DNA of 64,000 nucleotides from Escherichia coli (GTDB lineage Bacteria; Pseudomonadota; Gammaproteobacteria; Enterobacterales; Enterobacteriaceae): NCBI RefSeq assembly GCF_041248615.1, contig NZ_CP158426.1; one strand, 5' to 3'. Shown piece by piece: positions 55,544 to 64,000 of this stretch (position 1 is its first letter; each line of letters starts with the position of its first letter). The notes under the pieces were generated by a model. It saw only the letters and a program-made list of their open reading frames with translations, ran no database searches and was not told where the DNA came from. The position numbers and the translations under genes were made by a program.

Positions 55544-58500
55544 ATGATTACTATTGACGGTAATGGCGCGGTTGCTTCGGTGGCGTTTCGCACCAGTGAA
55601 GTTATCGCCATCTACCCTATTACCCCCAGTTCCACGATGGCAGAACAGGCTGATGCATGGGCCGCAAACGGCTTGAAAAACGTCTGGGGAGACACACCAC
55701 GCGTGGTTGAAATGCAGTCGGAAGCGGGTGCTATCGCTACCGTGCATGGCGCTTTGCAGACGGGTGCCCTTTCAACATCGTTTACGTCATCGCAGGGTTT
55801 GCTGCTGATGATCCCGACGCTGTACAAACTGGCAGGCGAACTGACGCCATTTGTCCTGCATGTAGCGGCACGTACCGTTGCCACACATGCACTCTCTATT
55901 TTTGGCGATCATTCCGACGTTATGGCGGTGCGCCAGACGGGTTGCGCGATGTTGTGTGCAGCAAACGTCCAGGAAGCGCAAGACTTTGCTCTTATTTCGC
56001 ACATCGCGACGCTGAAGAGTCGCGTGCCATTTATTCATTTCTTTGATGGTTTCCGCACGTCCCACGAGATCAATAAAATTGTCCCGCTGGCCGATGACAC
56101 TATTCTTGAACTGATGCCGCAGGCCGAAATTGATGCTCATCGCGCCCGGGCGCTCAACCCGGAACATCCGGTGATCCGCGGTACGTCCGCCAATCCTGAC
56201 ACTTATTTCCAGTCTCGCGAAGCCACCAACCCATGGTACAACGCGGTCTATGACCATGTTGAACAGGCGATGAATGATTTCGCTGCCGCGACAGGTCGTC
56301 AGTATCAGCCGTTTGAGTATTACGGGCATCCGCAAGCGGAACGGGTGATTATCCTGATGGGCTCTGCCATTGGCACCTGTGAAGAAGTGGTTGATGAATT
56401 GCTAACCCGTGGCGAAAAAGTCGGCGTGCTGAAAGTTCGCCTGTACCGTCCCTTCTCCGCCAAACACTTGCTACAAGCTCTGCCGGGATCCGTACGCAGC
56501 GTGGCGGTACTGGACAGAACCAAAGAACCCGGTGCCCAGGCAGAACCGCTCTATCTGGATGTGATGACCGCACTGGCAGAAGCCTTTAATAATGGCGAGC
56601 GCGAAACCCTGCCCCGTGTCATTGGTGGGCGCTATGGTCTTTCATCCAAAGAATTTGGCCCGGACTGTGTACTGGCGGTATTTGCCGAGCTCAACGCGGC
56701 TAAACCGAAAGCGCGCTTTACGGTTGGTATTTACGATGATGTGACCAATCTGTCACTGCCGTTGCCGGAAAACACCCTGCCAAACTCGGCGAAACTTGAA
56801 GCCTTGTTTTATGGCCTTGGTAGTGATGGCAGCGTTTCCGCGACCAAAAACAATATCAAGATTATCGGTAATTCCACGCCGTGGTACGCACAGGGCTATT
56901 TTGTTTACGACTCCAAAAAGGCGGGCGGCCTGACGGTTTCTCACCTTCGCGTGAGCGAGCAGCCGATTCGTTCCGCTTATCTCATTTCCCAGGCTGATTT
57001 TGTTGGCTGCCACCAGTTGCAGTTTATCGATAAATATCAGATGGCTGAACGTTTAAAACCTGGCGGCATTTTCCTGCTCAACACGCCGTACAGCGCAGAT
57101 GAAGTATGGTCGCGCTTGCCGCAGGAAGTTCAGGCCGTGTTAAACCAGAAAAAAGCGCGCTTCTATGTGATTAACGCGGCGAAAATCGCCCGCGAATGTG
57201 GTCTGGCGGCCCGTATTAATACCGTCATGCAGATGGCTTTTTTCCATCTTACGCAAATTCTGCCTGGCGATAGCGCCCTCGCAGAATTGCAGGGTGCGAT
57301 TGCCAAAAGTTACAGTAGCAAAGGTCAGGATCTGGTGGAACGCAACTGGCAGGCTCTGGCGCTGGCACGTGAATCCGTAGAAGAAGTTCCGCTGCAGCCG
57401 GTTAATCCGCACAGCGCCAATCGACCGCCAGTGGTTTCCGATGCCGCCCCTGATTTCGTGAAAACCGTAACCGCGGCGATGCTCGCCGGGCTTGGTGATG
57501 CCCTCCCCGTTTCGGCGCTGCCGCCAGACGGCACCTGGCCGATGGGCACCACGCGCTGGGAAAAACGCAATATCGCCGAAGAGATCCCCATCTGGAAAGA
57601 GGAACTCTGTACCCAATGTAACCACTGCGTCGCTGCTTGCCCACACTCAGCTATTCGCGCAAAAGTGGTACCGCCTGAAGCGATGGAAAACGCCCCTGCC
57701 AGCCTGCATTCGCTGGATGTAAAATCGCGTGATATGCGCGGGCAGAAATATGTCTTGCAGGTGGCACCGGAAGATTGCACCGGCTGTAACCTGTGCGTCG
57801 AAGTTTGCCCGGCGAAAGACCGTCAGAATCCAGAGATTAAAGCCATCAATATGATGTCGCGCCTGGAACATGTCGAAGAAGAGAAAATCAATTACGATTT
57901 CTTCCTCAACCTCCCAGAAATCGACCGTAGCAAACTGGAACGTATTGATATTCGTACATCGCAGCTGATTACACCTCTGTTTGAATATTCAGGTGCTTGC
58001 TCCGGTTGTGGCGAGACGCCGTATATTAAATTGCTGACTCAGCTCTATGGCGACCGGATGTTGATCGCTAACGCCACCGGCTGTTCTTCAATTTATGGCG
58101 GTAACCTGCCCTCTACACCGTATACTACCGATGCCAACGGTCGTGGACCGGCATGGGCGAACTCGCTGTTTGAAGATAACGCCGAATTTGGCCTTGGTTT
58201 CCGCCTGACGGTCGATCAACACCGTGTCCGCATACTGCGTCTGCTGGATCAATTTGCCGATAAAATCCCGGCGGAATTACTGACTGCGTTGAAATCAGAC
58301 GCCACGCCAGAGGTTCGTCGTGAACAGGTTGCAGCTTTACGCCAGCAACTCAACGATGTTGCCGAAGCACATGAACTGCTACGTGACGCAGATGCACTGG
58401 TAGAAAAATCAATCTGGCTGATTGGTGGCGACGGCTGGGCTTACGATATCGGCTTTGGCGGTCTGGATCATGTATTGAGTTTGACGGAAAACGTCAACAT

Positions 58501-59068
58501 TCTGGTGCTGGATACGCAATGCTATTCCAATACCGGTGGTCAGGCGTCAAAAGCGACACCGCTGGGTGCAGTAACTAAGTTTGGCGAGCACGGCAAACGT
58601 AAAGCGCGTAAAGATCTTGGCGTCAGTATGATGATGTACGGCCATGTTTATGTGGCGCAGATTTCTCTCGGCGCGCAGCTGAACCAGACGGTGAAAGCAA
58701 TTCAGGAAGCGGAAGCGTATCCGGGACCATCGCTGATCATCGCTTATAGCCCGTGTGAAGAGCATGGTTACGATCTGGCTCTCAGCCACGACCAGATGCG
58801 CCAACTCACTGCTACCGGCTTCTGGCCGCTATATCGCTTCGATCCTCGTCGTGCCGATGAAGGCAAACTGCCGCTGGCGCTGGATTCACGCCCGCCGTCA
58901 GAAGCACTGGAAGAAACGTTACTTCATGAGCAACGTTTCCGTCGTCTGAATTCGCAGCAGCCAGAAGTGGCAGAACAGTTATGGAAAGATGCTGCAGCTG
59001 ATTTGCAAAAACGCTATGACTTCCTGGCACAAATGGCCGGAAAAGCGGAAAAAAGCAACACCGATTAA
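55544..59068 (+). CDS. ydbK: pyruvate:flavodoxin/ferredoxin oxidoreductase YdbK (PFOR, NifJ-like, 1174 aa)
   Basis: Track ORF; 4Fe-4S ferredoxin-type Cys clusters (CTQCNHCVAACP, CTGCNLCVEVCP) and thiamine-pyrophosphate-binding C-terminal domain. Confidence 0.95.
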   Translation: MITIDGNGAVASVAFRTSEVIAIYPITPSSTMAEQADAWAANGLKNVWGDTPRVVEMQSEAGAIATVHGALQTGALSTSFTSSQGLLLMIPTLYKLAGELTPFVLHVAARTVATHALSIFGDHSDVMAVRQTGCAMLCAANVQEAQDFALISHIATLKSRVPFIHFFDGFRTSHEINKIVPLADDTILELMPQAEIDAHRARALNPEHPVIRGTSANPDTYFQSREATNPWYNAVYDHVEQAMNDFAAATGRQYQPFEYYGHPQAERVIILMGSAIGTCEEVVDELLTRGEKVGVLKVRLYRPFSAKHLLQALPGSVRSVAVLDRTKEPGAQAEPLYLDVMTALAEAFNNGERETLPRVIGGRYGLSSKEFGPDCVLAVFAELNAAKPKARFTVGIYDDVTNLSLPLPENTLPNSAKLEALFYGLGSDGSVSATKNNIKIIGNSTPWYAQGYFVYDSKKAGGLTVSHLRVSEQPIRSAYLISQADFVGCHQLQFIDKYQMAERLKPGGIFLLNTPYSADEVWSRLPQEVQAVLNQKKARFYVINAAKIARECGLAARINTVMQMAFFHLTQILPGDSALAELQGAIAKSYSSKGQDLVERNWQALALARESVEEVPLQPVNPHSANRPPVVSDAAPDFVKTVTAAMLAGLGDALPVSALPPDGTWPMGTTRWEKRNIAEEIPIWKEELCTQCNHCVAACPHSAIRAKVVPPEAMENAPASLHSLDVKSRDMRGQKYVLQVAPEDCTGCNLCVEVCPAKDRQNPEIKAINMMSRLEHVEEEKINYDFFLNLPEIDRSKLERIDIRTSQLITPLFEYSGACSGCGETPYIKLLTQLYGDRMLIANATGCSSIYGGNLPSTPYTTDANGRGPAWANSLFEDNAEFGLGFRLTVDQHRVRILRLLDQFADKIPAELLTALKSDATPEVRREQVAALRQQLNDVAEAHELLRDADALVEKSIWLIGGDGWAYDIGFGGLDHVLSLTENVNILVLDTQCYSNTGGQASKATPLGAVTKFGEHGKRKARKDLGVSMMMYGHVYVAQISLGAQLNQTVKAIQEAEAYPGPSLIIAYSPCEEHGYDLALSHDQMRQLTATGFWPLYRFDPRRADEGKLPLALDSRPPSEALEETLLHEQRFRRLNSQQPEVAEQLWKDAAADLQKRYDFLAQMAGKAEKSNTD

Positions 59069-59096
59069 ATGCACTGGATAAGGATTATCCAATTCT

Positions 59097-59201
59097 AAAA
59101 AAAAGCCCGGACGACTGTTCGGGCTTGTCTCATTATTTGTTGGATAAACAGTAACAAGGGTCCAACAGAAAATAATCTTTGTGACAATAAAGGCATATAA
59201 C
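59097..59201 (-). ncRNA. micC: MicC small regulatory RNA (about 105 nt)
   Basis: Minus-strand 5' end GTTATATGCCTTTATTGTCACA and 3' terminator GCCCGAACAGTCGTCCGGGC-T8 match my recollection of MicC; located between ydbK and ompN, divergent from ompN. The central part differs somewhat from my recollected K-12 sequence. Confidence 0.75.
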
Positions 59202-59429
59202 CCGCGAAGAATAACGCATCACTATTTAAATGTATAATTTTTATTTTGTATATGTCGCCAATAATATATTCACCAAACTTATCATCATTTCCGTAGAATT
59301 ATTTGATTAAGGTTTTACTTAAGGCGTAACAAATGATATTTATCGGCTAACGGAACTTCTCCTTTAGGATGTTTTCACTCCCCAAAATGGGGATGAAAAG
59401 GCAAATAAAATAACTAAAGGATTTATTCA

Positions 59430-60563
59430 ATGAAAAGCAAAGTACTGGCATTTTTAATTCCTACCCTGCTCGCCGCAGGTGCTGCACATGCAGCCGAAGT
59501 TTATAATAAAGACGGCAACAAATTAGATCTGTATGGCAAAGTTGATGGACTACATTATTTTTCTGATAATTCAGCGAAAGATGGCGACCAGAGCTATGCG
59601 CGTCTGGGTTTTAAAGGCGAAACCCAAATTAACGATCAACTTACTGGCTACGGTCAATGGGAATACAATATTCAGGCAAACAACACTGAATCTTCAAAAA
59701 ACCAGTCATGGACCCGTCTGGCATTTGCCGGATTGAAATTTGCAGATTACGGTTCTTTCGATTACGGACGTAATTATGGCGTAATGTACGACATCGAAGG
59801 CTGGACCGATATGCTGCCTGAATTTGGCGGTGACTCTTATACCAATGCAGACAACTTTATGACTGGTCGTGCCAATGGCGTCGCGACTTATCGTAATACT
59901 GATTTCTTCGGTCTGGTAAATGGTCTGAACTTCGCGGTGCAGTATCAAGGTAACAACGAAGGTGCCAGTAATGGTCAGGAAGGCACCAACAACGGACGTG
60001 ATGTTCGCCATGAAAACGGTGACGGCTGGGGTCTTTCCACAACATATGATTTAGGCATGGGCTTTAGCGCTGGTGCGGCATACACCTCTTCTGACCGCAC
60101 CAATGACCAGGTTAACCATACTGCGGCGGGTGGTGATAAAGCAGACGCGTGGACTGCTGGGCTAAAATACGATGCTAACAATATTTACCTGGCAACCATG
60201 TATTCAGAAACGCGTAATATGACCCCGTTTGGCGACAGCGATTATGCTGTTGCTAACAAAACCCAGAACTTTGAAGTTACTGCACAGTACCAGTTTGATT
60301 TTGGTCTGCGTCCGGCAGTCTCTTTCCTGATGTCTAAAGGCCGTGACCTGCACGCTGCCGGTGGTGCAGACAACCCGGCAGGTGTTGATGATAAAGATCT
60401 GGTTAAATACGCCGATGTTGGCGCGACTTACTATTTCAACAAAAATATGTCCACCTACGTTGACTATAAAATCAACCTGTTGGATGAAGATGACAGCTTC
60501 TACGCTGCCAATGGCATCTCTACCGATGATATTGTCGCTTTAGGTCTGGTTTATCAGTTCTAA
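59430..60563 (+). CDS. ompN: outer-membrane porin OmpN (377 aa)
   Basis: Track ORF; signal peptide and general-porin fold, C-terminal ...LGLVYQF; recognised as OmpN. Confidence 0.93.
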   Translation: MKSKVLAFLIPTLLAAGAAHAAEVYNKDGNKLDLYGKVDGLHYFSDNSAKDGDQSYARLGFKGETQINDQLTGYGQWEYNIQANNTESSKNQSWTRLAFAGLKFADYGSFDYGRNYGVMYDIEGWTDMLPEFGGDSYTNADNFMTGRANGVATYRNTDFFGLVNGLNFAVQYQGNNEGASNGQEGTNNGRDVRHENGDGWGLSTTYDLGMGFSAGAAYTSSDRTNDQVNHTAAGGDKADAWTAGLKYDANNIYLATMYSETRNMTPFGDSDYAVANKTQNFEVTAQYQFDFGLRPAVSFLMSKGRDLHAAGGADNPAGVDDKDLVKYADVGATYYFNKNMSTYVDYKINLLDEDDSFYAANGISTDDIVALGLVYQF

Positions 60564-60571
60564 ATCCTCCT

Positions 60572-60595
60572 GCCCGCTGTTATGGCGGGCTTTTT
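60572..60595 (+). terminator. intrinsic terminator of ompN
   Basis: GCCCGC-TGTTATG-GCGGGC hairpin followed by TTTTT, 9 nt past the stop codon. Confidence 0.7.
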
Positions 60596-60622
60596 CTGCT
60601 TATTCTTCCTCCTTTGATCTAA

Positions 60623-61138
<516 letters not shown>

Positions 61139-61145
61139 CACTAAC

Positions 61146-61170
61146 GCCCGCACATTGCTGCGGGCTTTTT
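61146..61170 (+). terminator. intrinsic terminator of uspF
   Basis: GCCCGCA-CATTGC-TGCGGGC hairpin followed by TTTTT. Confidence 0.7.
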
Positions 61171-61313
61171 GATTCATTTCGCAAATGTGCTGACATTTTC
61201 CCCTCTAATCCGTACCATACACGCCACAGTTTTTATATCAGATTTCTTATGCTGGGCGTTCCGGCATGACGCATACTCTTCTGATGCCATATAACGAATT
61301 GAGTCGCTTTTAA

Positions 61314-62249
61314 ATGTCGCAAAATCAAGAAATTAGTAAGAAAGAACAATACAACCTGAACAAATTACAAAAACGTCTGCGTCGTAACGTGGGCGAAGCC
61401 ATTGCTGACTTCAATATGATTGAAGAAGGCGATCGCATCATGGTTTGCCTCTCCGGGGGTAAAGACAGCTATACCATGCTGGAAATTCTGCGCAATTTGC
61501 AGCAAAGCGCGCCAATCAATTTTTCGCTGGTGGCTGTTAACCTCGATCAAAAGCAACCGGGCTTCCCGGAACACGTTCTGCCCGAGTATCTTGAAAAGCT
61601 GGGCGTTGAGTACAAGATTGTTGAAGAGAACACTTACGGTATCGTGAAAGAGAAGATTCCGGAGGGCAAAACCACTTGCTCACTGTGTTCTCGTCTTCGT
61701 CGCGGTATCCTTTATCGTACCGCAACGGAACTGGGAGCGACGAAGATCGCGCTGGGTCACCATCGTGACGATATCCTGCAAACGTTGTTCTTAAATATGT
61801 TCTACGGCGGCAAGATGAAAGGTATGCCTCCGAAACTGATGAGCGATGATGGCAAACATATCGTGATTCGCCCGCTGGCCTACTGCCGCGAGAAAGATAT
61901 TCAGCGCTTTGCCGATGCAAAAGCGTTCCCGATTATTCCGTGCAACCTGTGCGGTTCACAGCCTAACCTGCAACGTCAGGTGATTGCTGACATGTTGCGT
62001 GACTGGGATAAACGTTATCCGGGGCGTATCGAGACGATGTTCAGCGCGATGCAGAATGTGGTGCCGTCGCATCTGTGCGATACCAACCTGTTCGATTTCA
62101 AAGGCATTACCCACGGTTCTGAAGTGGTTAACGGGGGTGATCTGGCGTTTGATCGCGAAGAGATCCCTCTACAACCGGCAGGTTGGCAGCCTGAAGAAGA
62201 TGAAAATCAGTTGGATGAGTTACGGCTGAATGTGGTTGAAGTGAAATAA
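61314..62249 (+). CDS. ttcA: tRNA-cytidine(32) 2-sulfurtransferase TtcA (311 aa)
   Basis: Track ORF; PP-loop motif CLSGGKDS and paired CxxC motifs; full-length. Confidence 0.93.
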   Translation: MSQNQEISKKEQYNLNKLQKRLRRNVGEAIADFNMIEEGDRIMVCLSGGKDSYTMLEILRNLQQSAPINFSLVAVNLDQKQPGFPEHVLPEYLEKLGVEYKIVEENTYGIVKEKIPEGKTTCSLCSRLRRGILYRTATELGATKIALGHHRDDILQTLFLNMFYGGKMKGMPPKLMSDDGKHIVIRPLAYCREKDIQRFADAKAFPIIPCNLCGSQPNLQRQVIADMLRDWDKRYPGRIETMFSAMQNVVPSHLCDTNLFDFKGITHGSEVVNGGDLAFDREEIPLQPAGWQPEEDENQLDELRLNVVEVK

Positions 62250-62254
62250 CCCGG

Positions 62255-62345
62255 ATAGCGCCCGATGCGTAAGCGTATCGGGCTACTCTTATGGAGGCCG
62301 GATAAGACGCGGTCAGCGACACATCCGGCAATGCCGAAGAAGATG
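62255..62345. repeat. REP (repetitive extragenic palindromic) element(s) between ttcA and dbpA
   Basis: Sequences of the GCCGGATAAG...CATCCGGCA type (e.g. ggccggataagacgcggtcagcgacacatccggcaatgccg); approximate coordinates. Confidence 0.55.
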
Positions 62346-62377
62346 TTTACTCTTGCACCCGGCGATTCAACATTTCA

Positions 62378-63751
62378 TTATTTTAATAACCGCACCCGGC
62401 ACGTTTTTCCTTTAATCCTCCCGCCCTGTAACTGTTTCCATGCTTTATGAGCAACAGCCTGACGCACCGCGACATAGACATGCGCCGGATGCACGGCGAT
62501 TTTGCCAATATCTGCGCCATCAAGCCCGATATCTCCTGTCAGCGCACCTAATACATCACCCGGGCGCATTTTGGCTTTTTTCCCGCCATCGATACATAAC
62601 GTTGCCATTTCGGCTTCCAGCGGCACAATGGAACTATTAACTGGCGGCGTTTGCCAGTTAAGTTTTATCTGCAACATGTCAGAAATGATATTGGCCCGCT
62701 GTGCTTCTTCCGGAGCACAGAAACTGATCGCCAGACCGCTATTTCCTGCACGCGCTGTACGACCGATGCGATGTACATGAACTTCAGGATCCCACGCCAG
62801 CTCAAAGTTCACCACCAGCTCAAGCGATTTAATATCCAGACCTCGCGCAGCAACATCAGTCGCAACCAGTACACGGGCGCTACCGTTAGCAAAACGTACC
62901 AGGGTCTGATCGCGATCACGTTGCTCCAGATTGCCGTGTAACGACAATGCACTTTGCCCTACTTCATTCAGCGCGTCGCAGACAGCCTGGCAATCTTTTT
63001 TGGTATTGCAAAACACCACGCAAGAGGATGGCTGATGCAAACTTAATAACCGTTGCAACAACGGAATTTTGCCTTTGCTGGATGTCTCATAAAATTGTTG
63101 TTCAATAGGTGGCAGAGCATCTGTTGAGTCAATTTCAATCGCTAAAGGATCGCGTTGCACTCGTCCGCTGATTGCGGCGATGGCTTCCGGCCAGGTTGCC
63201 GAAAACAGAAGCGTCTGTCGAGATGCTGGCGCAAAACGGATGACATCATCAATGGCATCGCTAAATCCCATATCCAGCATGCGGTCGGCCTCATCCATCA
63301 CCAGCGTATTCAACGCATCCAGTGATACCGTGCCTTTTTGCAGATGATCCAACAAACGGCCCGGCGTTGCCACGATAATATGCGGCGCATGTTGCAACGA
63401 ATCACGCTGCATACCGAACGGTTGACCACCGCACAACGTCAAAATTTTGGTATTTGGTAGAAAACGCGCCAGCCGACGCAATTCACCTGCCACCTGATCC
63501 GCCAGTTCACGCGTAGGACACAGCACTAAAGCCTGGGTTTGAAATAGCGACGCATCAATTTGCTGTAACAAGCCGAGGCCAAAAGCCGCCGTTTTGCCGC
63601 TGCCGGTTTTCGCCTGCACGCGAACATCTTTTCCGGCAAGGATCGCCGGAAGCGCGGCGGCCTGCACCGGCGTCATGGTTAAATAACCCAACTCATTAAG
63701 GTTCGTGAGTTGGGCAGGAGGCAAAACATTCAGGGTAGAAAAAGCGGTCAC
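62378..63751 (-). CDS. dbpA: ATP-dependent 23S-rRNA-specific DEAD-box RNA helicase DbpA (457 aa, GTG start)
   Basis: Track ORF; Q-motif, Walker A AKTGSGKT, DEAD box (VMDEADRML), SAT motif; recognised as DbpA. Confidence 0.93.
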   Translation of the reverse strand: MTAFSTLNVLPPAQLTNLNELGYLTMTPVQAAALPAILAGKDVRVQAKTGSGKTAAFGLGLLQQIDASLFQTQALVLCPTRELADQVAGELRRLARFLPNTKILTLCGGQPFGMQRDSLQHAPHIIVATPGRLLDHLQKGTVSLDALNTLVMDEADRMLDMGFSDAIDDVIRFAPASRQTLLFSATWPEAIAAISGRVQRDPLAIEIDSTDALPPIEQQFYETSSKGKIPLLQRLLSLHQPSSCVVFCNTKKDCQAVCDALNEVGQSALSLHGNLEQRDRDQTLVRFANGSARVLVATDVAARGLDIKSLELVVNFELAWDPEVHVHRIGRTARAGNSGLAISFCAPEEAQRANIISDMLQIKLNWQTPPVNSSIVPLEAEMATLCIDGGKKAKMRPGDVLGALTGDIGLDGADIGKIAVHPAHVYVAVRQAVAHKAWKQLQGGRIKGKTCRVRLLK

Positions 63752-63780
63752 AATCTATTCTCGTGGTCATCGACGCAAAG

Positions 63781-63954
63781 TTAGCAGGCGCGTATCCTCG
63801 CAGATCTACGCTCACGATGCGACAATTTAATCGGTTCTTCGTCGGGTGGTGGGTCAGGCATGGGTTGCGGGCGAGGGATCGGATCGGGCACTGGAACAGG
63901 ATCGCCAGGAATCGGTTCAGGGACAGGAATTTGCAAATAAATAAGTGTCGTCAT
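63781..63954 (-). CDS. candidate proline-rich small protein (57 aa) immediately upstream of dbpA
   Basis: Not in ORF track (<60 aa). ATG preceded by strong SD GGAGGG (spacing about 6); translation MTTLIYLQIPVPEPIPGDPVPVPDPIPRPQPMPDPPPDEEPIKLSHRERRSARIRAC; stop 30 nt before dbpA start. Not recognised as a named gene. Confidence 0.35.
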   Translation of the reverse strand: MTTLIYLQIPVPEPIPGDPVPVPDPIPRPQPMPDPPPDEEPIKLSHRERRSARIRAC

Positions 63955-64000
63955 ATTTCCCTCCGGTCATTGGGTGGACTCTTAAAGGGTAGACGCTGAT

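Noticed and set aside
61537-61920. 127-codon minus-strand ORF
   Set aside because: Entirely antisense to ttcA, whose motifs are intact; chance frame.
63763-63999. 78-codon plus-strand track ORF upstream of dbpA
   Set aside because: GTG start without SD, Arg-rich low-complexity product, and antisense to the better-supported proline-rich frame with strong SD; judged less likely to be real than its minus-strand partner.
63752-64000. FnrS sRNA expected between zntB and dbpA
   Set aside because: I could not find the FnrS sequence as I recall it in the 249 bp upstream of dbpA; it is probably beyond the window edge, so not annotated.

Overview
This window is Escherichia coli chromosome, syntenic in reverse orientation with the K-12 interval ydcL-tehBA ... 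dbpA, and almost all of it is recognisable core genes. In order: ydcL (5' end), tehB, tehA, ydcK, rimL, ydcH, opgD, ydcJ, ydcI, trg, hokB/mokB, ydcA, RydC, cybB, gapC, aldA, ydcF, a small islet, hrpA, azoR, ynbDCBA, ydbD, pdxI, paaYXKJIHGFEDCBA, paaZ, tynA, feaB, feaR, ydbL-ynbE-ydbH, ldhA, hslJ, ydbJ, ydbK, MicC, ompN, uspF, ttcA, dbpA. Identifications rest on my recognition of the translated proteins and gene order; no database search was run. The ORF track translates GTG/TTG starts as M, so several track ORFs carry N-terminal extensions that I trimmed to the in-frame start giving the known protein length. Coordinates not taken from the track are anchored to track ORFs but may be off by a few bases. 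The only clearly accessory DNA is an AT-rich islet of about 2.9 kb between ydcF and hrpA (15298-18291). It holds an intact IS256-family IS1414-like element with 8-bp target duplications, and the 38-codon astA (EAST1 enterotoxin) gene lies hidden in an alternate frame of its transposase. The islet also has three small minus-strand ORFs of unknown function, one split by the IS and two overlapping each other by 14 nt. These small ORFs are my best candidate for an undescribed module; I cannot assign a function from sequence alone. Other departures from my recollection of K-12: gapC is intact, ydbA with its IS2/IS30 insertions is absent between pdxI and paaY, and the Rac prophage is absent between uspF and ttcA. 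I found no CRISPR array, restriction-modification genes, integrase or large nuclease/ATPase defence cluster.
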